DNA of 64,000 nucleotides from Perkinsus olseni (Eukaryota): NCBI GenBank assembly GCA_013115125.1, contig JABANN010000101.1, positions 1 to 64,000 of the forward strand, read 5' to 3'. Shown piece by piece: positions 48,101 to 59,098 of this stretch (position 1 is its first letter; each line of letters starts with the position of its first letter). The notes under the pieces were generated by a model. It saw only the letters and a program-made list of their open reading frames with translations, ran no database searches and was not told where the DNA came from. The position numbers and the translations under genes were made by a program.

Positions 48101-50866
48101 GATCGATATGAGGCCCTCTGTGCCTGAGACGCAGTGATGGGGCCCTGAGCCATCCTTTCAAGCGGATCAATCTAACTTGCGCTTCAGATAAAGCCCCATC
48201 GGAACAGACGGCTTGATTGCATTTCAGCCATTATCATATCTCATTATCCGCTAGCACTACACTGAGTCCACGAGCAGCAGGGAAGACTCCGAATCGCCGT
48301 AATGACAACTACCGGCTACATCTACTCGCACCACCCTTACGGACGCGAAGCGCGGAAGAGGCCCGGTCTCCGGCGGCGTCGCATCTCGCTACTCACCTTG
48401 ACTCTCTGTCTTCTTCCTAGCGATCTCGAGCCTCACCGTGCAACCACAGGTGATAGGGCTCCTAGTGAACCTCACGACTTCCGCCATATCGTTCATCACT
48501 GCTGGCTCCACGTCCATAATATTCGCAGCCACCTGAAGAACAGTGCTCACCGAACGATACCTCCATCCAGTCCAACTTGAAAATTCTCCAGGACAGCATC
48601 GAACTGGTAGTCGGTAATGTTCAGTCCGTAATGAGCTGGTCTAAGGTTGTTCACCGGATACAGCTGAGGCCCGCCGAGCATTCCTGTTAATAACTGTACC
48701 TAGACACCGACAGTCAGCTTGGCTTGAAGCTCGACAGCAGCACTTACCATTTTGGATTTGATGTGGGTCATTTTAGAGGTATCTTTCGAGAAGAAGTACT
48801 TCACTCTGGGATCAAGGAGGCAGCCTGTGTACCTGTGAAATGATTGACTCCTTCCAAGATCGACGAAAGCACGAGTCCAAGGCCGCCGGCTTCCGACCAC
48901 TCTTGCATGGCATAGTATCTCAATCCCTGTACTACATCGTCTCGATGACGGCTTCCAAGTTCATCTCCCCGCCTAGCCTTTCGAGCACTGTTCTTCCACC
49001 AACCACTTTAGACGTAGCGCTGAGTCCACTGCTCCTGCAGAGTACTCCATCTCTAGCTGGCTCCAATGAGACCAGCACCTGCGGGGTAATAATATGAAAT
49101 GGCCCAACTTCACTTATCTTGGATGCTTACTGCACATTACTGCCATTAACCCGGGACACATATTTCTCAGCGGCACGTAGTTCGCTTCCCGTTGCACGCT
49201 ACGTCTACTAGTAGTACTACTACTTCACAACGGAATCCAGTGAGGCATGCGTACAAATGGTTCCCAGGACACTACCTCATCCATGACGTCTTCCTCCACA
49301 CCAAGACCATTGAGAGCCTTCTGGCAGTTCATAATAAAGCAGTCGAAGAGGTAATCGTTAACACCCAGGTCCCTATGAACCTCCTTGAGGTCTTTACCTG
49401 ATGCAGGCGGTAATCATGCAGTGGCAGCATTCAGTAGCCCACTCAGGACGGCCTGCTCACCTTGCCAAGTCTTCGGGCCACCCAGAGCCTCTGTTATCCA
49501 TACCAATTGAGAGTTCTTAACCCTAGAGGCAACGCACTGCCAGCAACAGGTGATGAGCAGCTATCACTTCTCAACGTCCTTGTCCGCGAAATAGGTCTTG
49601 AGCCTATGGTCGTTAACCACCAATTCATAGACCCTATCCATGAAGGTCTTGATGCCCTCAGCCTCTCCGAGCCTTATCAAATACAACTGGATGCTTATGA
49701 CCCTTGTGTCGATTACCTCCTATAAAGGCCGTCCTTCCCCTTCTCAATACTCCTCCTCGCGAGCTCCATGCGTACAGTGCACCCGGTGGTGATAGCCTTA
49801 CGTACTTGGCCAATAGCTCGCATGGCATCCTATCGTAATGAGTGTTCTCCCCAGCTGAGAGCAGCACCCTACCTTTACTGCATTTGGATGGGCCCCTACG
49901 GCCTCGAAAGTGTGATGGAAAAGCTCGGACATCTGAGTGAGTCTTGACGCTGATGAGCAGACATTCTCAACCTACCACGTCGAACTGAAAGTCAGTGATG
50001 TTCATCTGATAGTGCACCATTTTCAAGTCATCCAGGTCGTATTTGGAAGCTCCACCTGTGGCCAGAGGTCAGTGAAAAACCTTGTCTCAGCGTTGCCGAC
50101 GACGGGCATTACCAAATTGTCCCGATAGGAACTGGTGCATCTTTTTCCTTATCGAGTCAATTTTCCTTTGGTTCTTCTCAAAGTAGGCCCTACAGCAGCA
50201 CCACCTTCCGACACTCTTCACTGTTCGCAATCCCTCACCGGGTCCTCGGATCTTTCAGCGCCTTCGCGTAAACTAGACCGATGCATGCCTCTAGCGCCGT
50301 ATCCCCTCCTAGTCTCTCGAACCTGACCAACCGTGAGTCTCCCATTTCTTGGCGAATGATGGAAGCCGCACAGTGGTCGGGAAAGGTCATCAGTAGCGTT
50401 CTTTCTCTTCGCCAGCATGTCGATCGTAGCCTGTGCGGTAGCTACTGCCTCGTCCTGAGGGCCACTCCCTTCTCCATCAGCTGGGGGCCGTATCATCGCC
50501 ATGAACCTGGCCCACTGTCAGAGAAATCCGTCATCAATAGCGATGAGTACTTGGAGATGATCCCTCGGGCTCTATCGAGTTCCTTTTGAACGAAGCCGGC
50601 ATTAATGGCCGCGGTCCCTCCTGCGCCACCTGCTGCGACTTTGCGTTGATCCACTTGCACCTTTATGGCCTTCAACTTGTCTGAACAAAGGCGGCTGAAT
50701 ATGCCGGCTTGGGTGAGATGTCCACAACGTGAGTGCTGTGCGACGAGAGCTGGTTCGATGCCCCGCGAGGTGCATTACCCGCGACGCTCTGAACTTGGCC
50801 CTTCACCGACTGGACATCCTTCTGTGTTTTCTCGACGCTCTTCAGGAGATCATCTACACTAGCCAT
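45108..50866 (-). CDS. Multidomain globin, paralog B: N-terminal helical leader plus 8 tandem group-I truncated (2/2) haemoglobin domains, many introns
   Basis: Start MASVDDLLKSVEKTQKDVQSVKGQV; stop after ...AAHYEKKGYSVK. Collinear with paralog A, with mostly shared intron positions. F8 contexts: MVH, EVH, PAH, EIH, PAH, AVH, PAH, EIH. Confidence 0.9.
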
Positions 50867-51403
50867 TACAGTGCATGCGACAACTGATTCTCAGGAGCAA
50901 TCCTTCTTCCACAACGCTACCCAACTGTGTGTAAAGTCTCAATCACAGGAATTACGGGCGAGCGAGATTGTCTTTGCGCAGTTCGGCATTGGTTCTCGAG
51001 CAGTGATGTTCCCAGTTGTCGATACGAGCCTGCCGACCATTGTGATCCTACTGGAAAGCTCAGCGGAGTATCGCGCCTGTATAATAACCTTAATCTGATG
51101 GAGTGAATAAACCGCGCTACGCACATTGCACAGCACGTGTGCGCCCGTACGCGCCGCATGCGCACTCAACAACACGACAGGAAAGTGACGAAAGAAAGTC
51201 GTTGAAATATTTGACTTATCGAGCGGGGTTGCAGTCCATCACTCTTCACTATGAAAATCTACCAAGTCAGAATTGCTCGGAACTTTATCATCATCGCCAC
51301 CACTTCTCGTCATCATCATCATCACAATAACAAGACATGCGTGATCATCATATTTATGCTACCTTTAAATAACCTTGCCGAAGAAACAAACTCCCAGCAA
51401 CCT

Positions 51404-53395
51404 TCACCGCCCAGCGCGGCCGCCCGCTAACTTCTGCTGAATAGTGTCGGGCCGCAGAAACCTGAAGAAAAATACAGTGATACACAAGACATCAGCGACC
51501 GAGGAGCGAGCGGAAGCCACCACTGACTCTCTGGGAGGAGATCGCCCACTGCGAAGTAGGCAGTGACGGACATCTGGAGCAGCCCCAGGAGACTTACCCG
51601 GATTTCCGGGAGGGCACATATCAACACTGGAGCTCCGAGACTGCAGACGCTCTGGAGGCAGGCCGAGAATCGCACCGAGGTCATTTCTAATTCGTAGCCG
51701 AGATTTTTCGTTTCTTTCGCTGGCGTCGTTCTCGGTCACAGTGGCAACTGCCGTGACCAGCAATGATAGCCTCCGTTCGATGCCCCTATCGCCACCTCTA
51801 GCCGTGCGAAGGTGCGCCAGAGTACTGCTCCTACGGAGGCGCTGAAAGGCCATGAGAATCGTAGACTCTTCCTCCAGACGACCTCGCACTGTATTGCCGA
51901 AGAGAGACATGCGGCGGAGCTGTGTAGGGTCCGACGGGGCGCCAGACAACCCGTGAGGGTCGATCCATTTCCGTCGGATCTCATACGCCAGAGACTCCGC
52001 CCGGTGGATCGAAAGGGTGAAGCCTTTACAAGCAGGCGATAGTGAAAGGCCCCGGACGAGGCCTTCGAGAATGATGAGTTTATCGTACCTCGGAGTCTGC
52101 CCTGGCGCGCTGGGGGGCTCAGAGGAGCTAGCAACCTTGGACAGCGCCTCGAGGATACCATCGTCAAGCACCATCGTAAGCAGGTTACGGCTCTCATGCG
52201 ACGAGGGATCGGCTAGTACCAGCCAAACCAGCATTCTTGCGAGACAGCAGGAGATCTTTTCCGTGTACCGTGCCAGCCTATCACCTTCGATCTTGCTGAC
52301 TGAGGGAACAACAGAGGAGGGGCCTTTACCAGAACGGCCGCCGCCAATGACGAACCTCAAAGCCCGCTTGAGGAAGCCAGCTTCTTCGCTATGGCTACGC
52401 ACAACGGACACTGGTCGGGCCAACGAGGAGACCCCCTTCCAGGCAGAGGCCTGCTCTCGCATGACCTCATACAGCTGAGCAACCCGCACAAACTTGAAGT
52501 CCTCGGTAATCAGGAGTATTGCCTCAGCCGTCGCATTCCTCAGCTCGGCCAGACACCGACTACACATCTCGTCACTAGACGACCCTGTTGATTGCCTCAA
52601 GGAATACACCTTTCGCTGGGAGGCGCCCCTCCGGCAACACTGCGGGACATAGAGGGCAGCCTGTTCGATAAGAAACTTGCCAGCCTTGAAGCTGTTGGCA
52701 GGGTCCATAGACGCCAAGTACTTCTTTCCCAATAAGAATTTGCAAGTGCCACACTTAACATCGCACACAACGTACCTGCCCGTCGTGAAGGTCGTAGTGT
52801 AGGCCAGGGTCTCTTCGACGACAACTCGCCGAAGGACCCAATCAACGAGGAACGCTGGCCCTCTGCCTCCATGGTAGTTGTCGCTCATTATAGCACAGTT
52901 CACAAGCACGGGTGACTTGCACACGCCACAGTAGAAAGTCATCGTGCTGGGCAAACCGTTGCGCAGTCCAACGCCGCGATTACCATCAACTTCTCGACCC
53001 TTGGCCTCGGAAAGGACTTCCTGGGAACTCGGTGCTTGAATGTCCGCAGACCTCATCAGATGCAAGGTCGGGCACTGGGCTAATGACACCATATGCCGAC
53101 TGAATCGCAGCATAAAAGGGTCATGGGCGGCGGGGGACGCTAAGACGACATCAGGGTCGGGTATGGCCATTCGGTGGAGCAGCTCCCCCGTCCGTCGCAG
53201 AGTGGCCCTGTTGACCAAGGCTAGGGCCATGAGCTCAAGGGGAGTGTCAAGCGTGTATACCATGATGATCTCGTCGACGACATCCTGAGGCAGGTCCTCC
53301 CAGGTTAAACTTCGCCCTTTCAGCGGAGCAATGCACACAGAACTGTCGAAGCTGCTTCGACTGGTGGCCGTGGTAGAACACGAAGAGTTGGACAT
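51404..53395 (-). CDS. F-box-like plus Yippee/Mis18 zinc-binding domain protein (single long ORF)
   Basis: N-terminal TWEDLPQDVVDEIIMVYTLDTPLELMALALVNR is F-box-like. Yippee domain: FYCGVCKSPV...HGGRGPAFLVDWV...TTGRYVVCDVKCGTCKFLLGKKY...FKAGKFLIE. Confidence 0.8.
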   Translation of the reverse strand: MSNSSCSTTATSRSSFDSSVCIAPLKGRSLTWEDLPQDVVDEIIMVYTLDTPLELMALALVNRATLRRTGELLHRMAIPDPDVVLASPAAHDPFMLRFSRHMVSLAQCPTLHLMRSADIQAPSSQEVLSEAKGREVDGNRGVGLRNGLPSTMTFYCGVCKSPVLVNCAIMSDNYHGGRGPAFLVDWVLRRVVVEETLAYTTTFTTGRYVVCDVKCGTCKFLLGKKYLASMDPANSFKAGKFLIEQAALYVPQCCRRGASQRKVYSLRQSTGSSSDEMCSRCLAELRNATAEAILLITEDFKFVRVAQLYEVMREQASAWKGVSSLARPVSVVRSHSEEAGFLKRALRFVIGGGRSGKGPSSVVPSVSKIEGDRLARYTEKISCCLARMLVWLVLADPSSHESRNLLTMVLDDGILEALSKVASSSEPPSAPGQTPRYDKLIILEGLVRGLSLSPACKGFTLSIHRAESLAYEIRRKWIDPHGLSGAPSDPTQLRRMSLFGNTVRGRLEEESTILMAFQRLRRSSTLAHLRTARGGDRGIERRLSLLVTAVATVTENDASERNEKSRLRIRNDLGAILGLPPERLQSRSSSVDMCPPGNPGKSPGAAPDVRHCLLRSGRSPPRESVVASARSSVADVLCITVFFFRFLRPDTIQQKLAGGRAGR

Positions 53396-53548
53396 CGTTT
53401 CACAACTGATAGCCCACTCCGTCTTCTAGGACGACGACGGAGCACTCCCGGTGAACGATAACATTCCCCCATTTTGTTATCACCGCAACTTACCAACAAA
53501 ACAAGCAGCAGCACAGCAAGGCAAGTAACAACACCCTCATGGACATAA

Positions 53549-54756
53549 TTAGTCTAAAGACTTTAGTTCCTCAATAAGTTCCCTCTGCCTTTCACTCATC
53601 ACTCTCGGGAATTTAACAGCGAAATGGATGACGAGGTCTCCAGCCCCTCCAGTCTGCCGCGGTGCACCCCTCCCTAGGAATCTCTTAGTAGTCGCTGCGG
53701 TCACTGGCTCATCTATAGCAAGCCTCATGACCCTTCCCAAGGCCAAGTCGATAATCTCCAAGTTCATACCAAGGAAGGACTCCCATAGCCCGACTTCTTT
53801 CGTGTAATGCAAGTCGCCCGAACCCTCAGGACACAGTGAGAGGCCTTCCTGTGGTCCGAACCTCACTGTCACCAACAACGGGCCGGGCCTAGAAGCACCT
53901 GCCTCTTCCAGGCCCATCCCTTCGTAACTCAAAACTGTACCGTTGACTGTGCCCGGAGGGACAGCCACTCTGAACTGGCGACCGCCCTCCAAGGTGATCG
54001 TCTGAAAGACGCCGTAACCGCCAGCCGCACGGAACTGCTCACTTTCACAGTCCCTCGCACTGCTTCCTGCAGAGAGATGTCCAGCACATGCTTAACGGCC
54101 GGCCCTTGCGACTCCGCCACTCTCTTGGCAGCCTCTTGTTTCTCACGAAGGAGATCAGCAAAGGGAGACACGGATCCGAAAAAGGTCTCATAGACTTCCA
54201 TAGCGTTGACCTTCGTCGGGACACCTGAAGTAGCGTGGGACTGAAATCGGATGTCCCTGCAGATGCGCCCACCTCCCAGGGCCGTTCCTGGAACGCCATA
54301 AACGAGACCCTGGTGACCGTAACGATCATAGACGATTCGATGTTGGGGGTCACGGAGAACCACGAAAGCTTCAGCCACAAGTTGGAATTGGGACGTGGCA
54401 TGAACTCGAAGGCGACCTGGAATTAAGCGGCGCGCTGGCCGAAAGAACTCTCGCTGGAGCCAGGAGAGATGCTACGTGATTCAGTAACAGATGATGATAC
54501 ACCAAGCCGGAGGAGTCCTCACCTTCAGAGTGTCTTTGTGGATGCCATTTTATAGCAGCCAGGCGGTAAGCATTGCTTAGGTCATCTGAAGCAGACGAGG
54601 GTGGCCTAGGCCTGCCGCAGTCGTCGGCCTACCCTGAGTGGCCGAGCGTGGCACTCCAAGCACAGCATAGTAGTCCTGCAACTTGAGGCTCCTAGTGCCG
54701 AAGGGGACGTCCCCGACGGCCCCCTCGGTCAAGAGCACCTCCGCGGGCTCCGACAT
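53549..54756 (-). CDS. Class B (type II) DnaJ protein, DNAJB13/radial spoke protein 16-like, multi-exon
   Basis: QDYYAVLGVPRSAT, AYRLAAIKWHPQ, FQLVAEAFVVLRDP..RIVYDRYG, FFGSVSPF, LDISLQEAVRG and GDLVIHFAVKFP. No Cys-rich zinc finger. Confidence 0.8.
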
Positions 54757-55847
54757 TGGATGAGAGGGAAAGAACAGGCTGGAACCGTTGCCTCAAGGTC
54801 TGCACAGGAGACCAACGCGGAGAGGTAATGAACCTGTCGCGCGCCACGAAATAAAGAACGCCGCGGATGCTCCCTCTGAAACCCGTCAGCTGAGCTGAGA
54901 TGCCACAGCATGCTCGACCGTATCGAACCCGTATTATCGTACCCTAGCACACCTCATTCAAGTTGGAGTCAGAGAGATGCAGCTTTTTGGCCGTTGAGTC
55001 GATCGAGCCTCGGGAAAGGGTCCGAAGGCGGTCAGCTTCACCGACTCCCTGAACTCATGGGGAGGCGCGAAAATGACAGAATTGATTGGCAAATGGACGA
55101 AATGGGCTCCCCCCTTACCCAACTTCCCAACGTACCACGACTGCAACTACTGTTTGTCGCGAAAGGCAGCTTTATGAGCTGCTCTCGGGAACAGCAACGC
55201 CTGCGGTCGTGAGATCAACACTACTAAATCCCGTTGGGAATTTATTTAGCTTCACCAGTGGCCTGCAACAAACTTTACCACGGCCACCTACTACCACATT
55301 GTATCCGCCTCCTAAGAACACTAAGGAAGAGGGTCAATACTCGATCGTTCCTAGCCTCAACAACTAGAAGCGGAAGCTTGAGATACAGTTCTTCGTAAGT
55401 AAGACGTGTGAACTTGCGTCGTATGAAAAAGCGCACGCCACAGTGATCGATTACCGCAGAAATGTCAAGACAACTACCTTCATTGCTGCTACGTACCCAT
55501 CTTGCTCTTTGTGCGTCTTTGGTCATGGTACGTACGTTCGTCTTAGTGAACTCGTGCGTTCCTCGTTATGCTATGGAACATACGTTCACCCTAGATCCAA
55601 CAACTAGATCAGTTTCCCGAACTCCTCTCGAGTCCGGTTTTACCTCTCTTTGAGCCCCGTCTCAAATAGCCACACTGTACTGAGTTATAGTGCACTTTTG
55701 ATGCTATCACTGCTACGCTCCGCTAGGACTCACTTCGCTCGTCCCAGCTACACGCGCATTGATTAGCCATGAATTGAGGGGAGCGTTGTGAGCCGGTGTG
55801 TGGCATCAGCTGTCTCGTTAACTCGCTACTCTAATAATCTCACAACG

Positions 55848-57587
55848 ATGCAGTCCCTCGACGACAGCACTTCAGCTACGACGCCAACGCTTGTACGGCA
55901 ATCACCTTCTAGAGAGGGAGACAGAAGGAGCCCTAAGAGAGTCGATGATGATGAATTCAATACAACAATGGAGATAGAGGTCGAACCGGTACTATAGGGG
56001 CTTACGGCCGTATGTTTCCGACTTCGGGTAACGCAGCTGGATCAATCTCACCTTCTTTTTAGCTCTCACCGGGCTCATTCCCTCTGAGCCACTCGAGGTC
56101 CCCAGCACCGCCGTCGTCCGATCTGGTGACCCCACTCAATAGAAGCAGAACCAATTCCAAGATGTCACCCACTGGCCGTACCACTGCTGCAGGAGGCGTC
56201 GGGTCGTTGTACGGTGGTAGTCCTAATACTAGTGCAGGGTGGCCCTCCCCTCTCCCACTTCGTAGTATCTCTTTCGGTGGTGCTGGGGATATCATTAATC
56301 AGCAAGGAGCCCTACCTCATTCTGGGACCGGTAAAAGGTCCAATTCTAGGTCGGGGTTCCGTATATTCTGTCGTGTCGATTGCCGCGCGTCACCCCACAG
56401 ACCGATCCCTTCTAGAGAGGCTGTTTGTAATTACTTCAGCCGTTTCGGTGCCATATTGGATTGCTATCTACCGGAGTCTGCAACGAATGTGGCATACGTA
56501 TGCTTTGAAGACAGCCATTCTCTCGAGGACGTTATGGCCCAGGAGCAACCCCATGTTGTGGAGGGGACCCAATTGACTGTGACCAGGGCGCAGCCTCGTC
56601 CGGACTACTCTGTCAATACTGATAGGATTTTCGTAAAACACGTACCGGACAACGCAACCAGAATGGACCTGCGCACCTACTTTAATAGCTTCGGCGAAGT
56701 CACTGACGTCTACATCCCGAAGGATAAGGCCACTGGTGCCCAGCGTCGCTTCGCCTTCGTCACTTTCCGCGATGTTCGTTCGGCCAGAGCAGCACTGGGG
56801 GCTGGTAGGCATGTTCTGCAAGATCAGGAGGTCCAGGTCATGCCCGCCGAGGCTCGGCCACAATCGACAACATCAACGACTGCGACGCCGACAATGGTTG
56901 GTCACAACTCACCAACTTCCCGTCCGTCGCCTGGTATGGAACCACGTAACCGAACTGTTAGAAGCCAAACTGATTCGATCCTACTTCCATCTTCTATAAA
57001 CAGCAACGGCGCAAGGCTATCGACGCCGTTGGTCCCTTACTTGCCTCCCCCTGATTCGGATCGGTTCAACTCCCTCGATGAAGGCGGCCTCGACCCTATA
57101 CAGAGATGGGGACTATCGGACTCGGCGGGGGTAGAAGAGATCACCAGAAATGGTCACAAGCACGACGTATGCGATGAAGTTGATGCTCACATGGCGGCCT
57201 TGGCCTCCTCGGTGAGCAACCTGCTGGACAGCAGCCCAAGTAGCGTTGGAGACGGCAGCAGTAGAGGCAACACTAGCCCTGAGAATGTCTTGAAGGAATG
57301 TCTCAAAAAGGCAGCTGATGGAGAAGATCGGGTGAGAAACCGCTGTCGGAAGTATCTTCGTCGCCTTGTGCGTTGTGTGTCACCACTGCACTTGTAGCAC
57401 TTAGTAGAATGCTTGACAGTCTTATGTTCTCCCTCAGGCCACGCGACGCTCTCTGGAGTCGCCATTCGCCAATGTCATGTCGCCGTTGTTGAGCTACGAG
57501 GAATTCGTACCTGCCAGACTACCGCCAGCTGTTATCCGTGATGATCGCCGAACCCCTCCCGTGTCGAGATCGTCATTCGTCCTCTAG
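55848..57587 (+). CDS. RNA-binding protein with two RRM domains (hnRNP A/Musashi-like), multi-exon
   Basis: RRM1: YFSRFGAILDCYLP...AYVCFE. RRM2: RIFVKHVP...YFNSFGEVTDVYIPKDKATGAQRRFAFVTF. S/T/P-rich flanks. Confidence 0.85.
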
Positions 57588-59098
57588 GAGGCAGGGCCGA
57601 GACATGGCAGCCCTTGATTGTCGTCGATTACTGTTAGACTGTTTCATGATAATGTTGGGAAGGGTATAATAACGATAATAATAGTAGTACTAGCAAGTAT
57701 GACGGCTACTGAATAGTAGAAATCTGATGTCATCATTTGTCTGTCGTCGTCGTTGCTAAGTAACTTCATTGCTACTACCGTTTGAATGTTATCCAACTGA
57801 TAGTCATCTCCTTCATCCTACTAGTAATACTATCCTACTTGTCGCTGGGCAGCTTGTCTTGTCGACTACCTCGCCGTGGTACAGTAGGGTGTTGCAGGAT
57901 TTTTTCGTCACCTAGATTGACCATTGATGATACCCAGGCTTGCTGTCGTTTGAGATAGCAAGCCTCACTGATGTCTCACTGTCATTGCTGCCAGTCACAC
58001 TGTTCTCATAAACATAATATCATTTTCGTTTTAGACTCGGCAGCAGCGTTGGTCTAGAATCGTCCGTTATCCTCAAACTCTCTGTTCGGTGGCTGCTTGT
58101 ATGAGTACCAACCTTTCTTGTTATGGGTTGGTTCACGTCATCAGTCGCTTACTAAAGCTGCTATTGTCACTGCCGCTGCTGAGCCCTCGCCCTGAGACCA
58201 TTGGTCCCGAGTCTGGGACCATGTATACGAACTCAGTCGGCCGGGATTTACCGAAGGCTCTTGCTGCTTGTAGTCGTCATTGCTGTGATGAGGTCGCACT
58301 CGGTTGTTGTAGCGTGATCATCATCAAAACGCTGAAGAAGGCACTGACTAGCCGATGACGTTGAGAGTTTGCGAATTCTTCCGAACTGATGAGGCTTACC
58401 ACCAACGGTCGTCGTCGCCATAAATTCATTCTCATTATCAAGTGTATGCCGTCTTGGCATCTCTCTCCACCATCTCCGTCCGCCATAAAGGATGATGTAA
58501 TATATGGTGTTGATGATATACTCTGTCGGCTGTACTTCGGTGTCCTTTCACGGTGTTGTGGCCCTGAACGGGTCATGTATGGTATCCGTGATTCCGTGAG
58601 GCAATTGATAGTAGAATTTTATGTAGTAATTTCAAGCGGTAGAAAGAGCTATCTTAATAATTCTGTTGTACCATCCTTCGTATGCTGCTGCGATTCGGAC
58701 TGAATCCTTCACACTTGTTAGACTATCTCATCGTCTCCTTTTGTGTAGAAGTGCCTGTAGTCAGTGGCAGTCAAAGACAATACGACGGAGTAGTACAAGT
58801 GAACCATTTCCCGCATAATCTCATCTTACTATGCGTCATTATCTTCATCATCTGTTTTGGTACTGCCACATCGGTTTCACCCCATCAGCATTGCGTTAAA
58901 CAGTACAAGGGCGTGGGAGTTCCTCGAGAGATCGGGAAGGTGCATGAGACCTCATCGTCAAGGGATGCTTCTGATATTCTCTCGGGCGAGTAGTTCACCT
59001 GAGCTCCCACGAGTGAATTCTCTTCAAGCTTGCGACGATGCCCGTTGACGAGGGTGTGATTTCAGTCGTAGGTGCTTGAGTCTCACTGCTAGTCGACA

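Noticed and set aside
54800-55800. Short ORFs between the DnaJ and RRM genes
   Set aside because: No motifs; more simply a divergent intergenic or promoter region.
57600-59050. Short ORFs and a possible decayed gene on the minus strand
   Set aside because: Frames are broken by many stops, with no recognisable family or consistent splice pattern; neither a CDS nor a pseudogene call can be supported.
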